Notes: generated by a model from the letters alone, not told the origin. A DNA stretch of 64,000 nucleotides from an uncultured virus (IMG/VR IMGVR_UViG_3300032218_002295) (IMGVR_UViG_3300032218_002295), one strand, 5' to 3'; counted from the stretch's first letter, positions 1-9,476 are shown. A program made the numbers and translations.

Positions 1-693
1 CCTAACACCGGTGGCGGTGGTGGCGGTGGAGGTTCTAACCTTGCTGCATCATCAGGCCCACTTACAGGTGTTTCACACTATCTTGCAGCTCGTGCAGTTA
101 ACGCGGATAACGCGGGTGCCGACGCTACAAAGTGGACAGCACTTTACAACGCAGCGATTCAGACATCGTCCTCCGCAGCGCTATACGGATCTAACGGTGT
201 TCGTGTAACTATTCAAGATGTTGGTAATGCTCGCATTCAGACAACTCCTCCAAGCTTCGCAATCCTTCCTCGTACTCCACTTATCTTTACAGGTGTGGCA
301 GCACGTCTAACTGGTCCATCTACTACAACAGTAACTAGCTCACAGTTCCCAGGATTTGCAAAGCGTGCACGTCCAGTGATTCGTTGGAGAGCTTGGAACG
401 GTACAATTATCCGTGAAGATCGTCCTGCATATGACATCATCTTTGCAGCAGTTAATACAACTGTATACCTAGGACCTAACTCAGCTACAAACGTAGGTGG
501 TACATGGGAGACTGGAAATGCTCCAGCTAACGCGTACTACTTCGATGTAATCTGGGAGTTCCTATACATGGACGGTTCTGACCAGGTTGATATCGATATC
601 GCAGATCTACAGTTCCTACCTTACCTAGCAACAGGTGGTAATGGAGCAGATGGTCTTGCAATCGTACGCTGGTTCGATAAGACCAGCGCATAA
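1..693 (+). CDS. Glycine-rich tail fibre/virion protein, 5'-truncated by the window edge
   Basis: Frame 1 is open from base 1 (PNTGGGGGGGGSN...) into ORF 295..693; C-terminal GGNGADGLAIVRW is typical of phage glycine-rich fibre domains. Confidence 0.7.
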   Translation, partial: PNTGGGGGGGGSNLAASSGPLTGVSHYLAARAVNADNAGADATKWTALYNAAIQTSSSAALYGSNGVRVTIQDVGNARIQTTPPSFAILPRTPLIFTGVAARLTGPSTTTVTSSQFPGFAKRARPVIRWRAWNGTIIREDRPAYDIIFAAVNTTVYLGPNSATNVGGTWETGNAPANAYYFDVIWEFLYMDGSDQVDIDIADLQFLPYLATGGNGADGLAIVRWFDKTSA

Positions 694-711
694 AAGTAAG
701 GGATTCAAAAT

Positions 712-1023
712 ATGGCAGTATATGCTCTCCTATCTGGTTCTAAGGTAGTTAATACCGTAGTAGCAGATACAGCTAGCAACATCGGTCCACTAGCAGATCT
801 TTATGAAGTAGTAGATGTCACGAACTTCCGGATCCAGCCAAACAATGGCTGGGGCCGGGAGGACGGCATCTGGTATCCACCAGGCCTAAGTGACGAAGCT
901 AAAGCTCTTTGGACAAATGATGGTTTTCCAGCAGCAGCTGTTGAAGAAATCATTGAAGCCGAAGTTGTTGAAAAACCTAAAGCAATTTCAAATACCAAAA
1001 CAGACAGTAAGAAAGGTAAGTAA
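712..1023 (+). CDS. Hypothetical protein, possible tail fibre assembly chaperone
   Basis: Follows fibre gene; MAVYALL..VVNTVVAD N-terminus resembles small fibre-associated proteins. Confidence 0.5.
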   Translation: MAVYALLSGSKVVNTVVADTASNIGPLADLYEVVDVTNFRIQPNNGWGREDGIWYPPGLSDEAKALWTNDGFPAAAVEEIIEAEVVEKPKAISNTKTDSKKGK

Positions 1024-1025
1024 GA

Positions 1026-1409
1026 ATGGCAATTACCTCAGTACCTCAAGTACTATCACAGGCGACTGACGCTTACATCAATGCCGGTAATACAAGCCGT
1101 CTACAAACCCCAGCTGTTCAGACAGGCTCAGTAACCGTTGCCGTAACTAACGGTGCATTTACTAAGTTTGCTAGCATCACAGGTAACCTGACTATTGCGT
1201 TCAGCAACGTCCCATCAGGTTATGCAAACCAGTGGTATGTAGAGATCGCAGGTCGTGGATCTAACACAGTGGCTTTTACAGGTGTAACATGGGATGGTGG
1301 ATCAGCTCCATCAATCGCATCTGGCACAGGAAAGACCGTTATACTGTTCTACTCAACAGATGGTGGAACAACAATTTACGGTAAGTCATACTTTGCAAGC
1401 ATTGCTTAA
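1026..1409 (+). CDS. Small virion/tail fibre-associated protein
   Basis: S/T/G-rich beta protein with VTWDGGSAPS...FYSTDGGTTIYG motif seen in phage fibre C-terminal domains. Confidence 0.6.
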   Translation: MAITSVPQVLSQATDAYINAGNTSRLQTPAVQTGSVTVAVTNGAFTKFASITGNLTIAFSNVPSGYANQWYVEIAGRGSNTVAFTGVTWDGGSAPSIASGTGKTVILFYSTDGGTTIYGKSYFASIA

Positions 1410-1423
1410 TTAAGCTCAAGATT

Positions 1424-1465
1424 AGCTCCCCGTCGTCCTCAGGGACTGGCGGGGCTTTTCTTTTT
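1424..1465 (+). terminator. Intrinsic terminator
   Basis: GC-rich stem (ccccgtcgtcc/ggactggcgggg) followed by ttttcttttt. Confidence 0.7.
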
Positions 1466-1470
1466 AGGGG

Positions 1471-1485
1471 TATAATAAAACCATG
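1471..1485 (+). promoter_or_regulatory. -10 box for a leaderless transcript
   Basis: TATAAT at 1471-1476, 6 nt, then ATG at 1483; no SD. Confidence 0.65.
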
Positions 1486-2532
1486 AAAATAGCCGTATAC
1501 ACTATCGCCCTCAATGAGGAAAAGTTTGTAGAAAGATGGTATGAATCCTGTAAGGATGCGGACTATCTTTTAATAGCAGATACTGGTTCAACAGACGGTA
1601 CTGTGGAGTTAGCCCGTTCATTAGGTATTAATGTAGTAGAGGTCTCTGTAAAGCCGTGGAGATTTGATGATGCTAGAAATGCATCACTAGCTGTAATACC
1701 AGCTGATATTGACTACTGCATATCATTAGACGTGGATGAAGTATTAGCTCCTGGTTGGAAAAAAGCGATGGAAGAAGCTTATGAGAATAAGTGGACACGC
1801 CCCCGCTATACCTACATCTGGAGTTGGTCTGATGATGGAACTCCTGGCCACGTATTTGGTGGGGATAAGATCCACACTCGCCACGGATATCGTTGGAAAC
1901 ACCCAGTACATGAGATTATTACCCCGGATCGTATAAAAGAAACTACAGGATTTATAGGTCTTCAACTTGAGCACCACCCCGATAATGCAAAGTCTAGGGG
2001 ACAGTATCTGAGCCTTCTAGAGCTCTCAGTAACTGAAGATCCAGAGAACGATAGGAATGCCTATTATTATGCTAGAGAGCTATTTTTCTACCAACAGTTT
2101 GAAAAAGCTGCTGCTGAGTTTAAGAGGCATTTAAAATTACGCTCTGCGGTGTGGGAACCAGAACGTGCATCATCATATCGTTACTTAGCAAAATGTGAAC
2201 CAAACCTTAAAGAGCAGTGGCTACTAAAAGCTAAAGCCGAATCCCCCGGTAGACGTGAAGCTTTAGTTGAACTTGCAGACCACTATTACTCTATTGAAGA
2301 CTGGAAAAAGTGCTTAGCATTTGCAGAAGAGGCTATTTCTATAGAAACAAAGCCGTTAGACTTCCTATGTGAGCCTTTTGCATGGGGGTCTCGTCCCTGG
2401 GACTATGCAGCAATTTCAGCATTTAAGCTAGGAAAGCAAGAGAAAGCCATTCAATACGGCACGAAAGCTGTAGAATTAAACCCAACTGATCAGCGTCTAG
2501 CTACAAATTTAACTTATTACTTGAAGGAGTAA
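1483..2532 (+). CDS. Glycosyltransferase family 2 with C-terminal TPR repeats
   Basis: IALNEE, DTGSTDGT, FDDARN, LDVDE (DxD), VHE motifs; helical TPR-like C-terminus. Confidence 0.9.
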   Translation: MKIAVYTIALNEEKFVERWYESCKDADYLLIADTGSTDGTVELARSLGINVVEVSVKPWRFDDARNASLAVIPADIDYCISLDVDEVLAPGWKKAMEEAYENKWTRPRYTYIWSWSDDGTPGHVFGGDKIHTRHGYRWKHPVHEIITPDRIKETTGFIGLQLEHHPDNAKSRGQYLSLLELSVTEDPENDRNAYYYARELFFYQQFEKAAAEFKRHLKLRSAVWEPERASSYRYLAKCEPNLKEQWLLKAKAESPGRREALVELADHYYSIEDWKKCLAFAEEAISIETKPLDFLCEPFAWGSRPWDYAAISAFKLGKQEKAIQYGTKAVELNPTDQRLATNLTYYLKE

Positions 2533-2535
2533 CCC

Positions 2536-2880
2536 TTGGCCACTAACTATCTTATTCTAGGCCAGTCACAGCCGGCCGCATCTGCTGTTGATCTATGCTC
2601 TAGCCCCGCCGCTACACAGACTATTGTGTCTACAATTGCGGTAGCAAACACCACAGCATCCTCATCTACAGCGACAATCTATGTACGTAAGGCTACAGGC
2701 TCAACCCCAGCTGCTGTAAGCGCTAGTAATGCCCTAGTCTACAACGCGCCTATTGCTGCTAACACAACACAAACATTTACCTTAGGTATTACTTTAGGTG
2801 CTTACGACACCATTACTGTAGGTAGTGGTACTGCGAGTGCACTTACATTTCATGCTTTTGGAAGTCAGGTAACTGCATAA
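2536..2880 (+). CDS. Small virion structural protein
   Basis: A/T/S-rich beta protein in tail module; GGAG SD before TTG. Confidence 0.6.
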   Translation: MATNYLILGQSQPAASAVDLCSSPAATQTIVSTIAVANTTASSSTATIYVRKATGSTPAAVSASNALVYNAPIAANTTQTFTLGITLGAYDTITVGSGTASALTFHAFGSQVTA

Positions 2881-3074
2881 TGAGTCGCCGCGAATTTCCC
2901 GAAAAGTTTAATGCTCCATCTTCTCAAACTAACTTAATTGTCGACGCTACAGCTACTAAGGTAGTGTCGCCTACTACACCTACTGTTGGTGCAATCCGTA
3001 ATATATACGCCTCAACCGCAGCCCCAACATCTGGTGATGGAGCTGACGGAGACATCTGGTTTAAGTACGCGTAG
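2880..3074 (+). CDS. Short tail fibre-associated protein
   Basis: STAAPTSGDGADGDIWFKY fibre motif; TAATG coupling with upstream gene. Confidence 0.6.
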   Translation: MSRREFPEKFNAPSSQTNLIVDATATKVVSPTTPTVGAIRNIYASTAAPTSGDGADGDIWFKYA

Positions 3075-3080
3075 TTAACC

Positions 3081-4922
3081 ATGGCCCAATACATTAAAGT
3101 AGGCGGCGCATGGAAGACAGTATCTATAGATGCTGACTCTGTCCAAAACGCGTTCGTAAAAGTTGGTGGCACCTGGAAAGGTGTTACTGCTGCCTACGTA
3201 AAAGTTGCGGGAACTTGGAAACAATATTTTACTTATAGTGCATATGTTGTACCAAATGTAGTAGGACAAGTATGGGCTACAGGTAAAACAAATATTACTA
3301 ACTCTGGAAACATTGTTGGAACATCTACTACTGTAAATAATGCTGGTGGTGCCACACCAACTAATGACGGAAAAATTGCTACTCAAAGTGTTACAGCAGG
3401 TGTATATTTAACCCCACAAACCGTAAATCTTACTTATTATGTATTTACATATATCAACGTACCTAGTGTTGTTGGACAGACAGTATCAAACGCCCAAACT
3501 TTAGTTCAAAACTCTGGAAATACATGGGGTACAGGATCTTATTATATAAATGCACAGGGCGCTACTGCAGGAAATAATAATACAGTCTTATCTCAAAGTC
3601 CAGCTGCAGGACAGTACGTAACTGCTCAAACTGTTAACTATGGTTATTATCTATACACAGTTCCTACACCAAGTCAGCCTTCTGTAAGTTTAGTATCTAA
3701 AGGCACAATTTCATTTACTTTTTCAGTATCCTTTAGCTCAAATACAACTTCTGCTCTTATGTATTGGGGCCCTAATGGAAGTCCTGCAAGCACGCTATTA
3801 GGTACAGCAACATATAGCGGACAGCAGTTTACGGTATCTTCATTAAACCCATCTACTACATACCAATTTACAGCTTATCCAGTTAATACTGAAAACGTAA
3901 ATACTATCGGAAATCAGTCTGTAACTGGTTCTCCTGCCTCCGCTGGATCTGTAACAACGGATGCTCAGCCAGTACCAGCGGGGGGATCTGTAAGTCTTAG
4001 TGGAACGGGTCAAGCAGGAACTACAGTAAGTGCAAGCGCTTCTGGGTTTACAAATAACCCAACAAGTTATGATGTATTTATTACTACAACCACCTCGGGA
4101 ACCCCTACAGCATCTGATACTAGAGTGGCGTCTAGCAGCGGTGGCGGGTCTACAGCATCATTTACAGTAACCACTGGGCACGCTGCCGCCCCTGCAAACA
4201 TATTTAAGGCTTTTGCAACAGCAACTAACAATGGGGGAACAAGCAGCCCACCAGTCGCCTCTTCAAATACAATTACGGCTTATAGTGTAACTCCCCCTAG
4301 CAATGGATCTGTAACACTTAACTGGTTATCTGGATCTGGTGCTGCGGGATCTCAGATGTTTACTTCTGCATCTGGCTGGACTGGAACAACCCCACTTTCT
4401 TACTACACCATTATTACTACCACTACTTCAGGTGGAACACCTGGGCCTAATGACACTATTGTTGCGTCTGGCGCGTCTAACTTTGTTACTTATACCGTTA
4501 GCGCATCGGACGCAGTATCACCGGTAAATAGATTTGCGGCATATAACACAGCTACTAACAGTGGTGGAAGCCTACAAGTTGGTCCATCTAATGTGCTCTC
4601 TGCTGTTTCTGCACCGCCACCGCCTTCAAATCCAAATATTTCCGTAAGTAATGCATACAGCTCTCCTGGAGGAACGTCTACTTGGACCCTAACAATTAGT
4701 AACAGCGGAGGGGCTGCTAGCTCTTATAGTTGGGGAATTCAGTTTTCAAACGCAAATGGCGGAACAGTATTGGCCTCTGCAACTGGGTCAGGTGGCACTA
4801 TTCCTGCAGGAGGTACAGTAACCGTAGTTAGAAATAGCAGCACATATTCATGGGCTCGCTGGGTAAGCATTGTTACCAACCCAGCCTCAGACTCTGGAAC
4901 ACAATCTACTGGTTGGGCATAG
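3081..4922 (+). CDS. Tail fibre/receptor-binding protein with two PASTA-like domains and FN3/Ig-like domains
   Basis: N-terminal YIKVGGAWK/FVKVGGTWK/YVKVAGTWK repeats; VPNVVGQ and VPSVVGQTVSNAQTLV...VLSQSPAAG PASTA signatures; LNPSTTYQFTAY FN3 motif. Confidence 0.75.
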   Translation: MAQYIKVGGAWKTVSIDADSVQNAFVKVGGTWKGVTAAYVKVAGTWKQYFTYSAYVVPNVVGQVWATGKTNITNSGNIVGTSTTVNNAGGATPTNDGKIATQSVTAGVYLTPQTVNLTYYVFTYINVPSVVGQTVSNAQTLVQNSGNTWGTGSYYINAQGATAGNNNTVLSQSPAAGQYVTAQTVNYGYYLYTVPTPSQPSVSLVSKGTISFTFSVSFSSNTTSALMYWGPNGSPASTLLGTATYSGQQFTVSSLNPSTTYQFTAYPVNTENVNTIGNQSVTGSPASAGSVTTDAQPVPAGGSVSLSGTGQAGTTVSASASGFTNNPTSYDVFITTTTSGTPTASDTRVASSSGGGSTASFTVTTGHAAAPANIFKAFATATNNGGTSSPPVASSNTITAYSVTPPSNGSVTLNWLSGSGAAGSQMFTSASGWTGTTPLSYYTIITTTTSGGTPGPNDTIVASGASNFVTYTVSASDAVSPVNRFAAYNTATNSGGSLQVGPSNVLSAVSAPPPPSNPNISVSNAYSSPGGTSTWTLTISNSGGAASSYSWGIQFSNANGGTVLASATGSGGTIPAGGTVTVVRNSSTYSWARWVSIVTNPASDSGTQSTGWA

Positions 4923-4930
4923 GAGAGAAC

Positions 4931-5521
4931 ATGCGTGGTCAAAGACGTCAAGGACGATTTTCTATTAATAATGAACGCAAGTCTATTATTGCTGGAACCA
5001 CGACTGAAATTGTTCAAACTGTAGGTAATTATGTTGAGTGGTGGGTCTACGATAAAGATCATACTCAAGTAGACGACCTATACGACGTGGGTTCTTCCGG
5101 TGAGTATGGCGGCCGTCGTTGGATTGGTCCTATTGAAGTTCCTACAATTAACTCTGTAATTTTCCAAGGTGTAACCATGCAAAATGACCGAGGTTTCTAT
5201 AACACCGACGTTTTGCGTGTAACCATTAATATGGATGTAATTGAGCGTGGAGAAGATCTAGTGGGATCTAACTCATCTAATCGCCCATGGTTATGTGACC
5301 TACCAACAAATGTAGACAAGTATTTGCGTGATCGTATTGTCTTTAGAGGTGAAGTTTTTACTCCTACCCGTATATATCCAAAGGGCATTATTACTGACAA
5401 ATACACAGTATTTAGCATGGATTGTAATCAGGTTAACTCTGAAGAAATGGTCAATGACCCACAGTTCCAGTGCTACGCAAACTATAGTGCGTTTAGTACT
5501 ACTCCAGAAGAGGAAGTCTAA
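4931..5521 (+). CDS. Probable head-tail connector (neck) protein
   Basis: AGGAG SD before ATG 4931; DRIVFRGEVF motif; position upstream of tail genes. Confidence 0.5.
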   Translation: MRGQRRQGRFSINNERKSIIAGTTTEIVQTVGNYVEWWVYDKDHTQVDDLYDVGSSGEYGGRRWIGPIEVPTINSVIFQGVTMQNDRGFYNTDVLRVTINMDVIERGEDLVGSNSSNRPWLCDLPTNVDKYLRDRIVFRGEVFTPTRIYPKGIITDKYTVFSMDCNQVNSEEMVNDPQFQCYANYSAFSTTPEEEV

Positions 5522-5523
5522 TT

Positions 5524-5775
5524 ATGCCGAGCAAAACTCCCAAAGCTATAGGGCCTAAAAAGAAGTCGACTGCAAAGAAGGTTAAAAGCTTTAAGTCCGT
5601 AGAGAGCTGGGAAAAGAAATCTTCAGGAAACTGGACCTCTGGACAATCCAGAACCTTGTCTCCAGGGAGTGCCGCTGCAGTAACCAAGAGAAATAGTGGC
5701 CGTAAATACAAGGCTCTTGGTAAAAAAGTAATCCGTCCCCGGGTCCGTAAACAACATACTACTAAGGAGAAATAA
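5524..5775 (+). CDS. Small highly basic protein
   Basis: K/R-rich 83 aa; GGAAG upstream; coupled to next gene. Confidence 0.6.
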   Translation: MPSKTPKAIGPKKKSTAKKVKSFKSVESWEKKSSGNWTSGQSRTLSPGSAAAVTKRNSGRKYKALGKKVIRPRVRKQHTTKEK

Positions 5776-6023
5776 TGTGTAAATCATGCGGCTGTGGCTG
5801 CTCTAAGCCAAACTGTAAGGGTGCTTGTAAGAAAGCCGATAAGAAGCAAGATGCCAAAGTAAAGAGGGGCATGACCCCAGCTCAGAAGAAGAAGTTTGAT
5901 GCTGCTGATAAGAAGATGGATGCTAAGAACCCACCTCGTGGTAAAGATAAAGAGATGGATGAAGCTCTAGCAGATAAGATTACGGGCAAGAAAAAGAAAG
6001 CCCCAGCTAAGAAAAAGAAGTAA
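5775..6023 (+). CDS. Cys-rich N-terminus plus Lys-rich tail (metal-binding basic protein)
   Basis: MCKSCGCGCSKPNCKGAC followed by K/D-rich tail; AAGGAG SD. Confidence 0.65.
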   Translation: MCKSCGCGCSKPNCKGACKKADKKQDAKVKRGMTPAQKKKFDAADKKMDAKNPPRGKDKEMDEALADKITGKKKKAPAKKKK

Positions 6024-6028
6024 GCTTT

Positions 6029-6051
6029 AGAGCCCCGAAAGGGGCTCTTTT
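6029..6051 (+). terminator. Intrinsic terminator
   Basis: agagcccc-gaaa-ggggctct followed by ttt. Confidence 0.85.
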
Positions 6052-6122
6052 GCTTTATGATTACCTTGACGCCAGAGCAATCTGGAACCCTGCTGCATTA
6101 ACCGCGCCTCTATGGAGGATTT

Positions 6123-6284
6123 ATGATCTTTTTAGTCAATCGGCTAAACCGTGCTGAAACGGACGCCGACAAAGAAGAGTTTGTTCGAGGAGTCGTTGGC
6201 CTGAAAAAAGGTGGCGAAAAGAAAGCTGCAGTCGGATTTATTGCGGGTTATCTTGTCTCGAAAGCTCTTCGTAAAAATGGCTGA
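6123..6284 (+). CDS. Small hypothetical protein (53 aa, MIFLVNRLNRAETDADKEEFVRGVVG...)
   Basis: GGAGG SD at 6114-6118; ORF read by hand; overlaps the start of the next gene. Confidence 0.6.
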   Translation: MIFLVNRLNRAETDADKEEFVRGVVGLKKGGEKKAAVGFIAGYLVSKALRKNG

Positions 6285-6561
6285 TTTATTTTTTAAGCGG
6301 TTAAATAAGCAGGTCATTAAAGAAGTAGCTGACGTTTTAGATCGTCATTCGCTGCACCTACAATATGAAGCTTTAAATTCGGGTTGGCCTAGTGAGTTAG
6401 CAACAGCCCTAGAGTTACAGCTTCAACCAGACGGTACCGCTAAAGTGGTTTACCCGCCTGAACTTCAAGACCGTATCCTAGATAAAGAATACGGCAATCC
6501 AGATACTCCACCCCATCCGGTAATTCGTAATTACCTAACCAAGATTGGGGTAGCTAAGTAA
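6277..6561 (+). CDS. Hypothetical virion morphogenesis protein
   Basis: Probable start MADLFFK at 6277; EYG..TPPHPVIR motif reminiscent of HK97 gp10-like proteins. Confidence 0.45.
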   Translation: MADLFFKRLNKQVIKEVADVLDRHSLHLQYEALNSGWPSELATALELQLQPDGTAKVVYPPELQDRILDKEYGNPDTPPHPVIRNYLTKIGVAK

Positions 6562-7196
6562 TGCCATTTATTTTAAATGAAGAGACGGCTTTGAAGGCAC
6601 TCCTTGGGGGAATAATAGTTTCAGATTCCGGCAATGCCTCTCGTCCTGTACACGTATTTTATGGCCAGCCAGATAAAGAAATACGTCAGCAGTCCTATCC
6701 GTATATTACTATTGATTTGATTAATATCTCAGAAGCTACTGAAAGAGTTCAATCCGGTATTATTCACTTGCCGTATCACCCAGAAGATTGGGACGGAGTC
6801 TCTAGCTTGGATACATGGTATCCTATGCCTATTAATTTAGATTACCAGATTACGACCTACTCTCGTCAACCTCGACATGACAGGGCAATTTTAGGGCAGC
6901 TATTTTCAATAAGTAGATTGCCCGTTAGATTTGGATCCATCTATATACCACAAGACAACACATGGCGTCGACTGGATATGCTTGGGTTTTCCAAAAGAGA
7001 CACAACTGAAGCAGACAAACGTCTCTTCATGAATGTCTATTCAATCCGGATTAGCTCTGAACTTCTCAGAGTTAATCTTTCAGGTCCAGATGCACCGATT
7101 GTTACCAAACGAAATATTGGTATCAATGGTGTGGCTGAATTTGATACCCCAATATACAAACTGTTACAACTACAGCAGGAAGCACAACCAAACTAA
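6561..7196 (+). CDS. Probable tail terminator/completion protein
   Basis: YPYITIDL, PINLDYQITTY motifs; immediately upstream of the sheath gene. Confidence 0.55.
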   Translation: MPFILNEETALKALLGGIIVSDSGNASRPVHVFYGQPDKEIRQQSYPYITIDLINISEATERVQSGIIHLPYHPEDWDGVSSLDTWYPMPINLDYQITTYSRQPRHDRAILGQLFSISRLPVRFGSIYIPQDNTWRRLDMLGFSKRDTTEADKRLFMNVYSIRISSELLRVNLSGPDAPIVTKRNIGINGVAEFDTPIYKLLQLQQEAQPN

Positions 7197-7243
7197 AATT
7201 CGGACCCCAAAGAAAACAACCTACTAATTAAGGAGAAAATCGG

Positions 7244-8821
7244 ATGGCTACATTCAGTAGACCAGGCGTCTTTATCCAGGAAGTGGAACTTCCCCAGACC
7301 ATTGAGCTTGCCGACACCGGTAATGCTATTGGTGCGTTCATTGGCGCACTAGCCAAGGGTCCTACAAGTGTTCCCGTCCTACTTAACTCTTGGACACAGT
7401 TTGTCAAGACTTTTGGAAACCTCGAAGACGCATACCCTACAACATGGGCTGCATACAACTTCTTTGCTAACGGAGGACGTCAGCTTTACGTAAAGCGCGT
7501 CGTTGGCTCAGGATCTGCGGCAGCTTCAGTAACACTTACAGATAGATCACAAGCTCAGCTTAATACAATCCTAGTATCAGCAGCAAATGCTGGTTCTTGG
7601 GGAAATCACTTAGCTGTACAGGTTCGTTCTGCAGGATCATCTAATCGTTTTGGTCTTGCCATTTTTGGTGCACCAATTATTACTGGTAATGCATCATCTA
7701 ACCTTCTAGAACAGTTTACTGATCTAAGCATGGTCACTACAGATCCACGTTACTTTGTTGATGTTATCAACTCAAGCTCTGCATACATAACCGTTGCAGA
7801 CCTTAACTCAGCATCAACAACACCAGACGATATGCCAGTAGCAGGCTCTACACTTTACACTCTAGGCTCAACAACTGCCGGAGCTGACGGTAGTGCACCT
7901 ACTCGCACAATCTACTCAAATGCTTTAACAGCTTTTGATCCAATTCAGAACCCGCTAGTAATAAATATCCCTGCAGCAGCATATATTTATACTACTTCAG
8001 GTTCAGGAACAGAACGCACTCTTGCTATTAACGTAATGGCAGACCTTGTTGCTTATTGCGAAGGTCGCGGAGATTCATTTGCTGTTCTTGATACTCCTGC
8101 AGGCCTTACAGCTGCAGAAGCTCAAACATTTGCTACAGATACTGTTGCTGGCTTTGCAGCTAGCTCAAATGGTGCCTGTGCAGCAATCTACTACCCATGG
8201 GTATTGATTCCTAATACTCTTCGTTCAATTCCAGGAGCAACACGTCTTCAGGCACCGGGTGCAGCAGTTGTAGGTCAATACCTAGCAACAGATGCTTCAC
8301 GTGGCGTATTTAAGACGCCTGCTGGTTTAGGCAATAAGATCGCACTTGCAGTAGCTACAGAACATCAGTTTACAAATACTGAGCTTGATTCACTCAATAC
8401 CTCAGCAGATCCTGTAAACGCTATTCGCCAAGTCCCAGGAGCTGGAATTGTAATCATGGGTGGACGTACCCTAGATAACACACCAGGTAAGCGTTACATT
8501 AACGTTCGTCGTTCCCTCAATTACATTGAGAAAGAACTCAAGGATCTTACTGCATTTGCAGTCTTTGAGAACAACGATGGTCGTCTATGGAACCGACTCT
8601 CAACAGTTTGCGAAAACTTCTTGGGTTCATACTGGCAGCAGGGTGGACTACGTGGAACTTCACCAGCTGATGCTTACTACGTAAAGTGTGATGCTACAAC
8701 AACTCTTGAAGCGGACATCTCAAATGGCCGTGTCAATATTGAAGTAGGCGTTGCTCTTGAATACCCAGCCGAGTTTGTAGTTATTAAACTCGGTCAAATT
8801 ACCGGAAATGCTACGGCTTAA
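7244..8821 (+). CDS. Contractile tail sheath protein
   Basis: RPGVFIQE, FFANGG, YYPW, GGRTL, RYINVRR, FENND, PAEFVVI sheath motifs. Confidence 0.95.
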   Translation: MATFSRPGVFIQEVELPQTIELADTGNAIGAFIGALAKGPTSVPVLLNSWTQFVKTFGNLEDAYPTTWAAYNFFANGGRQLYVKRVVGSGSAAASVTLTDRSQAQLNTILVSAANAGSWGNHLAVQVRSAGSSNRFGLAIFGAPIITGNASSNLLEQFTDLSMVTTDPRYFVDVINSSSAYITVADLNSASTTPDDMPVAGSTLYTLGSTTAGADGSAPTRTIYSNALTAFDPIQNPLVINIPAAAYIYTTSGSGTERTLAINVMADLVAYCEGRGDSFAVLDTPAGLTAAEAQTFATDTVAGFAASSNGACAAIYYPWVLIPNTLRSIPGATRLQAPGAAVVGQYLATDASRGVFKTPAGLGNKIALAVATEHQFTNTELDSLNTSADPVNAIRQVPGAGIVIMGGRTLDNTPGKRYINVRRSLNYIEKELKDLTAFAVFENNDGRLWNRLSTVCENFLGSYWQQGGLRGTSPADAYYVKCDATTTLEADISNGRVNIEVGVALEYPAEFVVIKLGQITGNATA

Positions 8822-8834
8822 GGAGATATAAAAC

Positions 8835-9455
8835 ATGCCCGCAACATCATTAAATAACATCCTAGCAAATCGCATGGCTTCGGATCCAATCCGTACGTTT
8901 AAGTTCTTGGTAACTTTTACACCTAATACGGAAGATACGAAGTTTGATACTTCAAATTGGAACAAGATGGGCTTCGTATCCGTATCGGGACTTAGCGTAT
9001 CTACAGAGCCAATTGCGTACCGCGAAGGTGGATACAACACAAACGTTCACCAGATTCCAGGACAGTCTTCATTTACACCAATTACTTTATCTCATGGTTT
9101 GCTTTTGGGTCAGACTCAAAACCAAGCATGGATGAAGCGTTTGTTTGCAATGTTGACTCCTAAGGCAACTTCAGGCGTTGGCGCGGACTTCCGTTGCACA
9201 CTTGACATTGCAGTACTTAGCCATCCAAACCCAGCAGGTTTTGATGTTGCTAACGGTCAGACAGCTGACACCGATGGTGGCCAGCACGTCTCTATGCGCT
9301 TCAAGGTATATAATGCTTGGATCGCAAACCTTGGTTACAGCAACCTTGATGCAGGACAAAGCACATTGATGGTAGAAGAAATGACTATCGTACATGAAGG
9401 CTTTGACGTATCAGTTGCATCAGGCTATAGCGCAACAGCACCACTAATCAGCTAA
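8835..9455 (+). CDS. Tail tube protein (T4 gp19-like)
   Basis: DPIRTFKF, GFVSVSGL, YREGG, PGQ..PITLSHG, YNAW..L.A, E.TIVHEG. Confidence 0.92.
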   Translation: MPATSLNNILANRMASDPIRTFKFLVTFTPNTEDTKFDTSNWNKMGFVSVSGLSVSTEPIAYREGGYNTNVHQIPGQSSFTPITLSHGLLLGQTQNQAWMKRLFAMLTPKATSGVGADFRCTLDIAVLSHPNPAGFDVANGQTADTDGGQHVSMRFKVYNAWIANLGYSNLDAGQSTLMVEEMTIVHEGFDVSVASGYSATAPLIS

Positions 9456-9476
9456 TAAAGAAATTAGGTATATAAC

